A DNA stretch of 64,000 nt from Marsupella aquatica. Taxonomy: Eukaryota > Plantae > Marchantiophyta. The notes beneath the pieces are model-generated. The model ran no database searches, was not told the origin of the DNA, and saw only the letters and a list, made by a program, of their open reading frames with translations. The position numbers and the translations under genes were made by a program. This document shows, in pieces, positions 37,501 through 49,267 of the stretch. Within the stretch, counting starts at the first letter, position 1; the number at the start of each line of letters is the position of its first letter. The stretch spans positions 3,992,944 through 4,056,943 of the forward strand of contig OZ316894.1 of assembly GCA_973895155.1 (NCBI GenBank), written 5' to 3'.

Positions 37501-40500
37501 GTATTAGATGATTTAGTGAGGACTTTGAAATTCCATAATCTAGATAGCGATGATGAGTGAGCCAAACAATTTTGATTCTGTATTGTAATCCAATCTTTCA
37601 ATAGGCAATGGCCATGGTTTCTGATGATTTTATTTGAGCACAATTCTGACCAAAGAAGATTATGGATGCACAACCCTTTTAGCAATATTGTGATTGGTCT
37701 CCACACTTGTTTTGGTTCCTGATGATGTTGTAATTTTGTTCAGTGCCATCATGCCTCGAATATCGGAACGTCAGAAGGCTCTCACTGCTATGAGGGAAAC
37801 ACTGAAGCTGAACATTGCACTTGAAAGCTCTGATGATGACGAAATTTACTCAAGTGCTGATTGTATGAGCAGCGACAATGTACAGCTCACTGATTCAGAT
37901 TCAAATATAGACCTGGACTCTTCTGATGATTCTGATGATTGTGGGGACATGTCAGAATTGGAGGGAAATCCTGAAGAGTTGTTTGAATTGTATGCTGTCA
38001 TGGACAGCACTAGATTTTTGAATGATAGAATCTTCTTCAACAAGTCAAAAGAATATGTAACCCAATTTTTTGATTGTATGCTTCCTCGTGAGTTTCGGCA
38101 AATGACTCGAATGGACCGGGAATCGTTCTATGCACTTGTTGACCTCATTGAGGAGCACCCCATTTTTCAAAGCGAATCAAACAATCCACAGGCACCTGTT
38201 GCTTGGCAGCTTGCAGTGGCTCTTGATCGGCTAGGTCATGATGGTAATGGTGCATGCCTTTCCCGTCTCATTCCTACATGGGGAGTAAGTAATGGGACAC
38301 TTTGCAATTTCACAACCCGCTCAGTGACCGCTTTAGAGTGTGCCCTGAAGGAATACTTGAAATGGCCTAAGAGAGCAGAGCGTCAAAGGATTTCAGACGA
38401 GTTTATCAAAAGAGGTTTTCCTGGCTGCGTTGGGCTGATAGATGGAACGTTAATCCCTTTGTCTCAAAGACCCAAAACTGGTGGAGAATGTTATTTTGAC
38501 AGGAAGTCAAGGTACTCGCTAAATGCCCAAGTTGTTTGTGATCACAGACGCAAGATCCTATACATGTACATTGGTAAGCATGTCCTTCTCCTTTCTTCTA
38601 TGATGTCGCCGTGTCTGACTACCAAACTATCAAGAAGGATAATAATGAAGCATGTTCTTCGCTATGATGTTGCGATAACATGATTTTGCCATGTCGCAAT
38701 ATCATAAAGTTGGATGTGAAAAGACCTTCATGTGATGATCACTGATTGCACTCTACTTGCATCATGCATGTATGCCCGGGTCTTGTTCAGATCTCACTTG
38801 TTATAAAAGATCAGCACTCTACCGCAAACAAAATGATGGACACCTTTTTGGAAGAACTCAGTACTTGCTTGGAGACAGCGGATACCAGATAATGGAGCAT
38901 TTGGTTTGCTCCTACAAACGGTCTGAGAGCAGCCAGGAGAAGGAGGAATTCAACATGTGTGTTGCAACTGTCAGGGTAACAAATGAGCATTGCATTGGGG
39001 TACTGAAGTCACGTTGGCATTCGTTGAAGGAAATGCGGATTCAACTGAAGGAGAACAAAGATTGTGTGTGGCTCGTACGTTGGATACTAATGTGTGCAAA
39101 ATTACACAATTTTGTTATTAGCAGAAATGATTTGTGGACAGATGAAGATGGGGAGTTAGAAGTGGAGGAACAAAATGATTCTGATAATGATGCACCGAAC
39201 TTGCTTCATTACCGGAACAATCGCAGTAGTGCAGCTACAGCACGGCGTAGACTCGGATTGCAATCAACTGTCATGACGCATGCATTACATTTCCATAGAC
39301 AGCCAGGAGGATGCCTCCATCGAGTATCAGATACAATGCGTTAATTCGCTGAGAACACTAAAACTAGTGTATTTAAATTTATTGTGGCAGCATCCTACTA
39401 ATAATTATGGATGTGGGAGGAACCAAAGATAATTCTATGAAATGTTTCTTCTAATACCCATTCTGGTATTTGTTTTTCACCTTCCCCACTGTCTCGCATT
39501 TTATTTCATTGTTATTAGGCACGTACATTTGCATTTTCATATTGGCCTATGCAGTGATACAGAGAGGCTCATTTTCAATATTGAGTGGCGGTATACCAAC
39601 TCAATTAACAGTATTGTACGACAAGTGTTTATTTCAGAAGGTATATTTCCCACCAACGCGCATACGTACCCGATACCCTAAACCTCGCTTTGAACTTTGG
39701 GCGCGTTTTGCTTAAACCTCCGCACAACCAAATGTGGTATTGAAATGCCTTCATACCGCAATGCGCAGCTGCCCAACATTGAGAACTGACTTTTTTTGAA
39801 GCCGCGATGGTGATTGTGCATGAGGAGCCAGACGTCGTTGCAGTACCTAAAAAGGTTTTGGCGGAGCTCCCAACGTCGCTACAGGATGTGAAGAAGTTGC
39901 ATGGAATGTTGGGGAAAATGAAACTGACGACATTGATGTTCATTCCTTGGGGCGTGCTATCTATCTCTTACGTTGACGAAATGTTAGTTCCAAGGCCGAG
40001 GAGGTCCCATGCGACCGACGGTGTTAGAGGCAAACCACAGGAATGGAGTCTCCACTTCGTAGCTGATGCTTTTCAATGCCCTTGGGAAGGTGAAGGCCTT
40101 TACTCTAAACACAATACCTTGTCTGACTCGTATTTTGGTGGGGGAAGGAAAACGAGTTGTGGTTGGAAGGTCAGCCAGTGCATCGACCACGACTGCCACC
40201 TTTTGATGCAATTTCTAGTCCCAATTTTCCATCCAAGGAAGTCGTCTGTGGCACCTGTCAGCCTGGCAAATACTATAATAGCAGCTTGGAAGGGGATGAG
40301 CACCATAAATTGGGCTCTGTTGCTTAGGAAATTCATTTTTGATCAGCTGAAGCATCTGGCCTTGGGGAAACCAACATACTTGCAAAACTACCTAGCGCAA
40401 TTGTATTGGTACGGGAACTGCTTATTGGATTCTGAGAAACGGGTGAGGAAGCAGTTAATAGCGCACATCGGGATTCAGGTGCCAGACGATTGGCAATCAC

Positions 40501-43500
40501 AATATGATAGCGATTCAGAACCTGAGAGCGATGCAGAACCCAAGAGCAATGCAAAACTCTTGAGCGATGCATAACCCGAGAGCGATGCAGAACCCGAGAG
40601 CGATGCAGAACCCGAGAGCGATGCAGAACCCGAGAGCAATGCAGAACACGAGAACGATGCAGAACCCGACAGTCATGCAGAATCCGACAGCGATTTAGCT
40701 GGCCTTGAAGTGGAGGCTGACGATGGTCTGCAACCAATGGACGTTGAATAGAACATAGACAATGACAATATGAGCATTGGAGGCCACTGCGATGCAGAGG
40801 CAGACATAGATGACTTCGAAGGCCGAGATTTGCAGATACCAGATGCCTCTCCACGTGGCCTGGGAGGGACTCCAATGAGTGCCAATGAGGAATGTGAGGC
40901 TAGGATTAATACCGACATTGTGCAGCAGGCCATGTACATTCTTAGTTGTCCATGGGAGAAAATTTTGGATGTGCTGTTTGATTTACTTCCTCCTTCAAAA
41001 GCTCGAACTCCATTGCACAGCCCACGACCATCATTATGCGATGCTCATAGGGAAGGAGCTGAGGATTTGAGTGAGGGATTCAGTCCTATGTCTGACTATT
41101 CACCTGTTGGAAATAGTCCTCCCACATTGCCTGTAGCAACTGAAACGGATGTGATGGAGCCTGTGTTGGAGCCAATTGTGCAACTCCCTGTTACACAGGT
41201 CCCCATTGGGCAAGAACCCAATACTGTGGCTCTGTTAAAATTTGATTTCAGTTCAATTCCAGCTAAGCCCCCAATGCAGAGGAAGTAGTTTAGGGAAATG
41301 GTGGATGAAGCTACACAAACAACCTTCACACCAACCATTCGAGTGGAATCGGTGACTCCAGTACAACAACTGAAGAGATTTGCAAATTTATGTGCGCTGG
41401 TGTCGACTATGAATGGCCCAATCAATGAGTTCTGGAGGTTTTACAAGTTGAAGAAAGGTGAATGTCAATTCATATTCAACCTCCTAGTACTGGCACCTTT
41501 TCAGATTGAGTTAGCTCAATTTGATGAGTTCTGGCAAGAAGGTGAACATTTCCGACCCACACTAGCAGTGATGGTCTTGTACGGGGACCTACAAGTGGAG
41601 GACAGTGAGCTCCTTTGCTCTTTCTTTGGGAACTTGTCTGCATATTCTTTGAGGTTCATGATGAACTTCTTGAATCAGACGAATAGGACAAATCCGGTTG
41701 GGCATCTCCCAAGGGATCCTGTGAACACTATTGTGCCCTTCACCCCTCGGCATGTGTGTCAGCAGAAGTGGGATGACATCTCCACGACACAGATAAGAAG
41801 TTACATCAATTTTTTCACTAGAACTATGGCAATGTTTCATGGCATGGAGCTGGACTTGGTTGATACAGATGCATACTTGAAGAGATTTCCGAAAGTTTAC
41901 TATACTAGTTTCACAAATTGGGATGTCATAGGAGCTGCTATGGAGGCCACTCGGGTTCAGTACATGTTTGTAAGTCAACATTTGCCGCTGATTAGTTATG
42001 GAGTTCAGTTGAAGTCTCTCCCTTTTTCAACACATCATACTGATGTGAGGGAAGCAATTTTGGAAGCTGTGTCTCGTAATTCCATTACGAGAGAACCACC
42101 ACCTCAGCCTAATCCCATAGTGCAAAAGAATAAGTGATCTGCATAGTTGCCATTTGAGGAGAGGTTTCTCAATTCACTTTTTGTCAGTACAAATGTCGCA
42201 GATGAATCATGTCGCGATGTCATGATATCATCATTCCAAGATTTCAAGTATCTGCGATGTCGCGATTCTGAGATTCCATAGTTTACAAGGCATTTGACAG
42301 TGAAAACTGAGGGCGACATTCGACCACGAATGTATAACAACATGTACCACCTTTATTAATAATATGGATTTTGGTTTTTTACACTCATACTTGTACAGTT
42401 TGGCACCTACTACACATGCAACATGAATGGAAGTCTAAATTGCTTGGAACCAAAACTAGTCCTCTTTCACCAGGGGCAGTAACTCCTTTATTTCGGCAGG
42501 AGTCTTGTTACTACCGAGTAGAGTAGTCAAAAGAGCAGCTCTTTGTGCTTGCCGTGCCATCTCCTGTGCATGCTCTTGGTCTGATCGAAGTCTCTTTCGT
42601 GCATTTTTGGCAGCTTTTGCTTCAATAGCAAACTGGTGCTTACGATCAAGTTTCTTCTGTGCTGCAGCCTGCAATGTAGCGTCCACCCTGGCCTCCCTCC
42701 GATCTGCTGGCTCTTGGGTCTTCCATCGATCTCGACTTTGAATTAATTTCTTTCGGTAGTCTGTCTTCATGTTGTTCCTGTCTGCATATATGGCAGCAAA
42801 GTTTGTCTTGGAAGTGTTGTGCAAATCCTTCTGTCCAGCCGGTGGTGTTTTTGCAGGCTTCTTCCCTGTTGGAGGAGGCATGGCCTCTGAAACAGACTTG
42901 GCTGGGGTGTTGAACTCAGTTGGAGTACATGGTGGACCCTGCATTGGTCGATTTTCACCAACTTCAACTGGGCAAGACTCTGTACATGCTGCACATGTGC
43001 AGTTATGTACATGCTTACCAATTTGTGCCATCTGCTCTAATTCGGTCCAAAAAGAATTGCCATAGTTTACATTTGCAAGAGTCTCTGGTGTTGGCCTCAC
43101 CTGAGGAGCATTATGGATTGATTGCCCAGGTGTTGGTACTGGTGTGTCTACAACAGAGAGAAATGACAAATGTGAGCAAATGAACATTCTGTTGTTCTGT
43201 AATTGAAGAAATTGAAGTACAACAATCAATAAGGTAAATGACCAGTACCTTCAAGAACGATGGTAGTGTTGGAAGGGACATGGTAAACATTGGGATTATC
43301 ATTCTCATTACCAAATGCTGACTCAGAATTTGATTCAACATTGGTGTCAGGAAAGACAAGGTCGGAATCCTCAACTCCACAATCCCCTTCCACTAGTGGT
43401 GCCACATTCGGTCGCTCCCCAAAGATTGCATGCATTCTTTCAAAGTGTGGGCACAATCGGTTTAGTTTGCTCTCCAATGTAATCCCTGCTTCCAACTCGT

Positions 43501-45185
43501 CTTCATTCAGCCCTCCACCTGATTGCATTTTCACCTCTCTTGCCTCTTTGTACCGTTTCACATACCTCTGGAATCTCTTTGTCAAATTTGGTGCAATGAT
43601 CTCCTTAGGAAAGCCATGATGTTGCATTGCAGCAAGCATGGATTTGAAGAGTGTTGTCTTGCTTTGATACTTTCCACCCACTCGAGTCTTCCTTCCTCCA
43701 CCTGTAATTGCTTGGAAATTCTCTGGAATTTCCAAGTATGAAAAGATGCATTCGTAGTCATGATCCTTCAGCCTGAATTTATCACCTATACAGGGGGCAT
43801 TGCTGGAGTTAGCCCGTGGAGGTTGGAATGAACTCCTTGCTCTCACATGACCTTGGCTGCCTGATTGTGCCATGGTTGTACACGAATTGGGAGGAGCAGC
43901 TTCTGTCGATTTCTCTACACCTTCTCTAGCGGTCTGCACGTACAATCGAATAGCAATTTCTCTGATATCTGGATGAGTCTCACCTATATGTTCTGGAGAC
44001 AGAGCTACATTGACCATCGCCATGGAGCCCGACATTGAAGCTAAATGAAGCTCCGGATAATCGCTTTGGTGGGGAAGAGGTGCATTTGAAATTTGAACAA
44101 CAGAAACTATGGCGATAGCTTCGCTGGGAAACGACGGGACACTTATGAGGAGCACCTGGGTTCAGGACTGTCGTGGCACATTTCAGGGCCTTACGGCCAA
44201 GTACTGTCCGAGAGGGAAGGGATACTTAACTCCTACTTTGAGCGGGTAAGGCATCGTAAGTAGCTCCTTAAGGGGCGGGTCAAACCAAGGGACCGGCCCA
44301 TAAGTGATGCCCACAAGTGTCGTTATGGGCTGCTTGGCTGGCCCATAACTTTTGGTTACGGGCCAGCTTTGAGACGCCCTAATGATATCGCAGGGTTCTT
44401 AGTGCACGAGCAAGCTATGAAATAAGGAGGTGACTTCGACAGCATATAAAAGCTGTTGATCGAGCTCTTCTCATCACAAGCAGAGTAAGAGCTATCCGAT
44501 CCTCTGGCTATCGCGTTGACCGTCTCAATGGTTCGGGTCACAAACTCATCTAAAAGGACGTTACAGCACGTTCATCTGCAGTCGGATTATCACTAGGAAA
44601 TCAGACTTCCCCTGAAGGAGTAGTTACAATTAGACAGTCAGTAATTAAGAGTATTTCGGAACTTCATTACTTTCATGTCAAACTACAATAACATATCAGC
44701 GTTGACAGGAGAATTCTTTGTTGAAATTCTGGATTCGTTAAGATTACAGCTCACAAGTAGAGTGTGGTTATTACCTCAAGAGGAAGGTCAAATATTTCTC
44801 CAATAGATTCCTTGAGTTGCTCAACAGCTTCCAGGGAAAAACCGCAATTGATTATCTGGAAGAATCCGTGCTCCTCGAAAGCTTCTCGAATCCCCTTCAG
44901 GACATCAGATTTCGCTGCCTCGCAGGCCTTGATCTCTGCCTCCAAACCGCTCCGAGCACTCGCGTCTCCGTCCAACCGCTCAATCTCTCTCCGCAAGCTC
45001 TCCAACTTGAGCACTGGTGACAAATCGATAACGGGAAGTTCAAAATCGTAATAGTCATGAGCGATGTCCGGTCTGTTTTCTTCAGGCCAGATGAACGATG
45101 TCTTGCCCGGGGTCCTGAAAGGTTCCGCATGAGGTCTCGTACTGTCTAGCTTCTTGAGCTCAAACGGTTTCATCACATCCGCCAT
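34569..45185 (-). CDS. 2OG/Fe(II) dioxygenase copy 2; exons 45185-44775, 36048-35822, 35593-35251, 34826-34569; intron 1 expanded by an 8.1-kb transposon
   Basis: Same motifs and splice sites as copy 1. The frame is open, with a one-codon deletion in exon 3 (MDLVSS vs MDLIVSS). Expression across the enlarged intron is unknown. Confidence 0.85.
36913..37560 (+). CDS. Unassigned 215-aa ORF inside the Harbinger element
   Basis: ATG-initiated open frame with protein-like composition and a basic patch (PRKASTSSQKGKK). No family recognised. Confidence 0.4.
   Translation: MVGWTSLAEVDESRSAGECRNFCPALAWLVNFEAPNPHPRKFLYSACPHRFTSGRLCLKSLEFGPKCNHNLPGKPTFRFHVVLCDAIHALVTPMRAQIWEVASTMLDSTPHDLALLSELEQTRIVLGVTQKLHRVEITLSVNEYAVKVLHMSFVDTVLQSVPPSPHYPTHRLAVVSPRKASTSSQKGKKTAKQITEVLDDLVRTLKFHNLDSDDE
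37751..39344 (+). CDS. Harbinger (IS5/HARBI1-like) DDE transposase, two exons (37751-38573, ~38770-39344); splice acceptor apparently mutated
   Basis: FRQMTRM..ESF..LV, QLAVAL..LG, GFPGCVGLIDGTLI, KSRYSLNAQVVCD, G-MPGSCSD, YLLGDSGY, EHCIGVLKSRW. Donor is G|gtaagc at 38574; the expected acceptor reads tgcaT|GT rather than tgcaG|GT. Confidence 0.88.
39807..42137 (+). pseudogene. Single ~776-codon accessory reading frame in the Harbinger element, broken by three in-frame stops
   Basis: Track ORFs 39807-40574, 40770-41288 and 41298-42137 are all in one frame. Stops are TAA 40572 (GAA in the neighbouring repeat units), TAG ~40749 and TAG 41286. Confidence 0.7.
40508..40695 (+). repeat. 18-bp coding minisatellite (AEPESD)n
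   Basis: About 10 units of gcagaacccgagagcgat. Confidence 0.9.
42456..44155 (-). CDS. Harbinger second gene: Myb/SANT-like DNA-binding protein; intron 43248-43148
   Basis: Helical region ending KLNRLCPHFERMHAIFGERPNV is typical of Harbinger-associated Myb/SANT proteins, followed by an acidic linker and a C-terminal coiled coil. GAAG|gtactg...ttgtag|ACACA joins the two track ORFs in frame. Start codon uncertain. Confidence 0.72.
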
Positions 45186-48100
45186 AGTTACTTCGCTGGA
45201 AATCTTCTCTGCCGGGTCAGGATACTACACGATTGTGCGAATGGAGACACCAACAGGTTTGAGAGAGTCAATAGTGGTGAAAGATATTCAGAATGCATGC
45301 ATTTCAGCTCTGAGCCCTCTCTGTTATATAGGTGATGGAAATGAGCTGGTCAAGCTATCGATATAAACCCAATTGAGTGATCTGGGTCTCAGCGTGGCTG
45401 GAGTTGACTTTAGCTCATGTGCAGTCTAGCAGTTTATTTAGATCGTTTGCAGTCTCCCATTGAGATTCTTTTGTTTGACTTTGCTTTACCTACTTTCAGA
45501 CCGTGACTAGCTTCTTTGTTGTCGCAGTTTAGTCGAAGATTCAGTCTAGACGAGCAGAAGAGGTTCAGTCTAGACCAAAAGAAGTGGTCTGGGTTGTTGG
45601 CTAAGTGGAGCCCAACTGTCAATCGACTGTAGACCGGAAGAAGTGGTCTGAGTTGTCGGCTCACTTTAGTGCAAGCTACTGAAGCTAGAGACTAAACTAC
45701 TGTAGAACGGAAGAAAGCGCGGAGATTGGATTCGCTAGCAGAAACCGCAGCAGAAGAGACAGAACTCCAAAAGACAGGCCAGTGAAAAGGAACCAGCGGG
45801 GTACTTAAGAGCGAGTCCGCGATAATAACGAATACTATCAGTCTAGCCTGCAGTGTCACTTCAATTCCTGAAAGGGAATGACGTTCACGGGGACTGGATA
45901 GGTGGAACTTGCAGAATTTCTTCATGTACTTAGTTCCCACAGTCCCGCCCGTGTACCATAGTAGAAGGACATGTTATTGAGAGCCTCTGCAGAAGTGGAT
46001 TTGTCGGGCCCAATCCTTAGTAAGGTAAATTCCAAGCCTATGGTGCTAACAATCTGGTGAGCTCCAAGAAATCTTTCCATAGGTTCTAGCAAACCATTGC
46101 TCTTAGGGGTGTGGCATAATTTCTCATGCAGGTATGTCCCACACCTCAAGTAGACCCACACCTCAGGTAGAGGAGCGTCAACTAAAATGTGAGCTGGTTT
46201 AAGATAATCAAGTTGCTCCTAGTGACGGCTGTGTTTGGCAGTAGGAAGTGCACCCCCTGACCAGACAGCTGAGACCGGTCTATATGCATTGTCCACCCTA
46301 AACACTGGCCACAACTTTTGACACGGAGACTGTCTGCTTGAGCCACATAGACCGTCTGAGGATCGAAAACCAATCACGTATGACGAGGTGATCCCAACCC
46401 TTGGCCAGAGTACGATCTACGCCAGTTCCCCCCCGCTCCCGTAGATGACACGCTGGTGGCGGTCATTGGGCTCGGGTTGAAAGATGCTGTTCCGCTAGGT
46501 TCAAACCCTCGTTTAACTTGACGGTGCAGTTGACGCAACCTGACCGGCCAACAACGCCCATTTGACACATATTCTGAATTATCCCCCGGGCATTCTCTTA
46601 CTTTCCCGAACTTTCCCCCAAACTGGTCCTAGGGTCCCCCGGATTACCCCGGTCTAGCTAGCCGGTCAACCCGTTCCCCGGACTCCTCCGGTCTAGCCAG
46701 CCGATCCCCCGGTTCGAGGTCGAGGCCGGGGCCGGGTCGGGGTCGTGGCCGGGCAGGGTCGAAATTGGTGACGCCGGGTTCGAGAGAAAGTTAGTAAAAT
46801 AAGCTTGTGCGAACTGCAACACACACTTGATTTAATATATTTATTTGAATCCTTCATTCCCAGTAAAATGTCTCCCATAACTTCTACATGCAGAGGGAGG
46901 CAGCACGAACTGGTCCGGGCAATTCTGAATTAGCAGATCGGATCTTCGTCCGACCCCTGCACGGCCAAAGACCTTTAATTTCCTGGTGGGGTTGGAACCA
47001 AGAACTCCACCAAGAAATGTGGCCACTTCAGAGGATTTTTTTACAGAGGTTGAGCATTCCCTTCACATCGTGAAGGCTTGTCTCGATTATGAGCGGCTGA
47101 TCGAACAGTCAGGCCACTTCAAAATTGGTCCATCGAACATTCTTTTGGGTAGATGGCAGTTTTGGGGCTCACTGCCCACCATTGCGTGCTGTCCTGGCCT
47201 GTTAGAATGTCTCCAGCACAGATCCCTTACCAATCAGATCACTCACATCGTATGAGGCTGCTCATGGAGATTCAGAAGTTCTGTTAACAGCTTCTGGCCT
47301 CAAAGAGATGCCTTGACTCGTACTTAACCAAAGCTAATCCATTGCACGTTAACTCACCTGTAATAGAGCTTGATCCGTATGCTCTTTGCCTACTCGTCGG
47401 TGACAACGGACGAAACTGCATGTGACAACGGACGAATCTGCGACTCCGCATTGTGTTTGATGCTGACCAGCTATAGGTTCTCCCTCGCCTTTATTTACAG
47501 AACTAGCACAGAGAACATAGAAGCCGAGTTATTCTATTTTGGGTCGGGAAAGGAGTATGTAGAATGGGAATAAAAGGGAGTTCCGAGAGAGTGTTCCATT
47601 CATTGTGGCATCTTGTATTCAACTTCGTGAATAGTCTGGAGGATTACTTCGTGTTGTCAAGTAAGACAATAGAGGGACACTTCGTTCAGAAACGTGACAT
47701 TTCACATTTCATTCTGTTCACTGTGAGGCTTATGCTACTGTACAGTGTGTATCGACCTTTGCGTGCAATTTGGTGGCTGGGTAATCAAAAGCGTTGAAAA
47801 CCATCTAGAATTTTGGTGGTCGTGTGCGCTATGGGCAAGGAGATGGCCTTGTTTAATCGGCCGATGGAAGATCGTGCCCGCCGGTACAACTTAGCTGGGT
47901 TGCTGGATGCATTTGTCGAGAAATATCTCGATGACGTTTTTAAGAGTGTTGGCAAGGAGCTTGGACCGTCGGATCAAACTGTTCGTGGAGTTCTTCATTG
48001 TGAGCCAGGTGATTCGTTGCTTGGAGCGATCGGGGCACCCTTGGCCAGACATGGTGTGATTGGCGGAAGTGCCGACTTCGGACATCATGTGGGTGATTGT

Positions 48101-49267
48101 ATGTTTTGGCCATCATCTTGGATATGTAAGACGCCTGAGGAGGGGGGTCCATGCGCTGCTCCTTTCTGTAGGCTGTGTACCCAGTCCGGAGCACTGTTCG
48201 GATTCATACGTATCTCAGAGTTCAGTTGTTGTATGGAATGGCACAACTAGCTAGCTAGCTAACCTAATTGGGTTAGAATTACATTCCTTAGTGGGTAAGA
48301 TAAATAAGTGGTCCTACTACAAACCACAACTGGATCAGTCTTCCAGGATGTATAACAATATGTGATGCTATTGAATCACAAATGATGTTAAATAGAGTTT
48401 TTTTCGGGTGGTTTCATGAGCCAATTGACAGAAATGATCTCATTCCAAATTATTCCAATCATTTGCTACTTCAATGTGTTGCTCAACTATTAACTCACAA
48501 CTTACGGACCCTACATTATTACTCGAAGTCCATGTCATTCCTATGAGGCTGCTCGAAGTTTCCAATGGAAGAACACTCCACAACCTTGGAGCTGACGAAA
48601 CCTGAAGAAACCTTCCGTACTCTCCTCGCACCCCGTCTCAAATTCGTGAGTCAACCCAGTGCTGTCGGATAATATTCAATAAAGCTAAGAAAGCTTCTTC
48701 ATCAGGTCTCCCCAACTTGACCCAAACTTTCTGTGCAGTCGGGGTCGTCATGGAGGGGCCAGGTCGGTGGTCTCCATCCAGTCACCGTTGGAAGCATGAA
48801 CGTTACTTACCACCTTGACCGTCTGTGTACATTTCCTTCGGATCTTCTCCCTCATCGCCGTGCCATCCGTGATCATCACTCTGTTCCACCAGATTTCTCG
48901 GTCACATGCAGCCAATTTCAAGAAAGTTTGCCGTTCTGAAAACGGAACAAAGAGCTCAGGGTTATGCGTGACCGTTTGCATGGACAACTTGTGCAGAATG
49001 AAATTCCGCTGAGTGGGCCGAAGCTGATTGATTCAAAATCATCGTAGTCCTTGTCCGTGCCTCCAATCTGGCTTTAAGTCGTGGCAATTTTTTGATCGAA
49101 TTCATTGGGCATAGTGCAGTTGCTGTGCAGGCCGGAAGTCCTTCAATCTACTACTGGGGAAGCTATCCAATAGGGAGTCTCGACGTAGCCATTTCCTGGA
49201 GTTTTCCCATGTCCTAGAGGTTTCCCCTGACTGACATGTTATGGGCCGGGTTGCGCACCAAAAATCT

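Larger units (their letters stand above)
36283..44380. mobile_element. Full-length PIF/Harbinger DNA transposon (8098 bp)
   Basis: Perfect 24-bp TIRs agggcgtctcaaagctggcccgta / tacgggccagctttgagacgccct. 3-bp TSD AAT at 36280-36282 and 44381-44383. The empty site aacttcAATgatatc is present in copy 3 at ~57396-57410. It encodes a DDE transposase and a convergent Myb/SANT-like gene. Confidence 0.95.

Noticed and set aside
40333-40875. 180-aa minus-strand ORF with (HRSRVL)n repeats
   Set aside because: Antisense reading of the (AEPESD)n minisatellite of the plus-strand frame.
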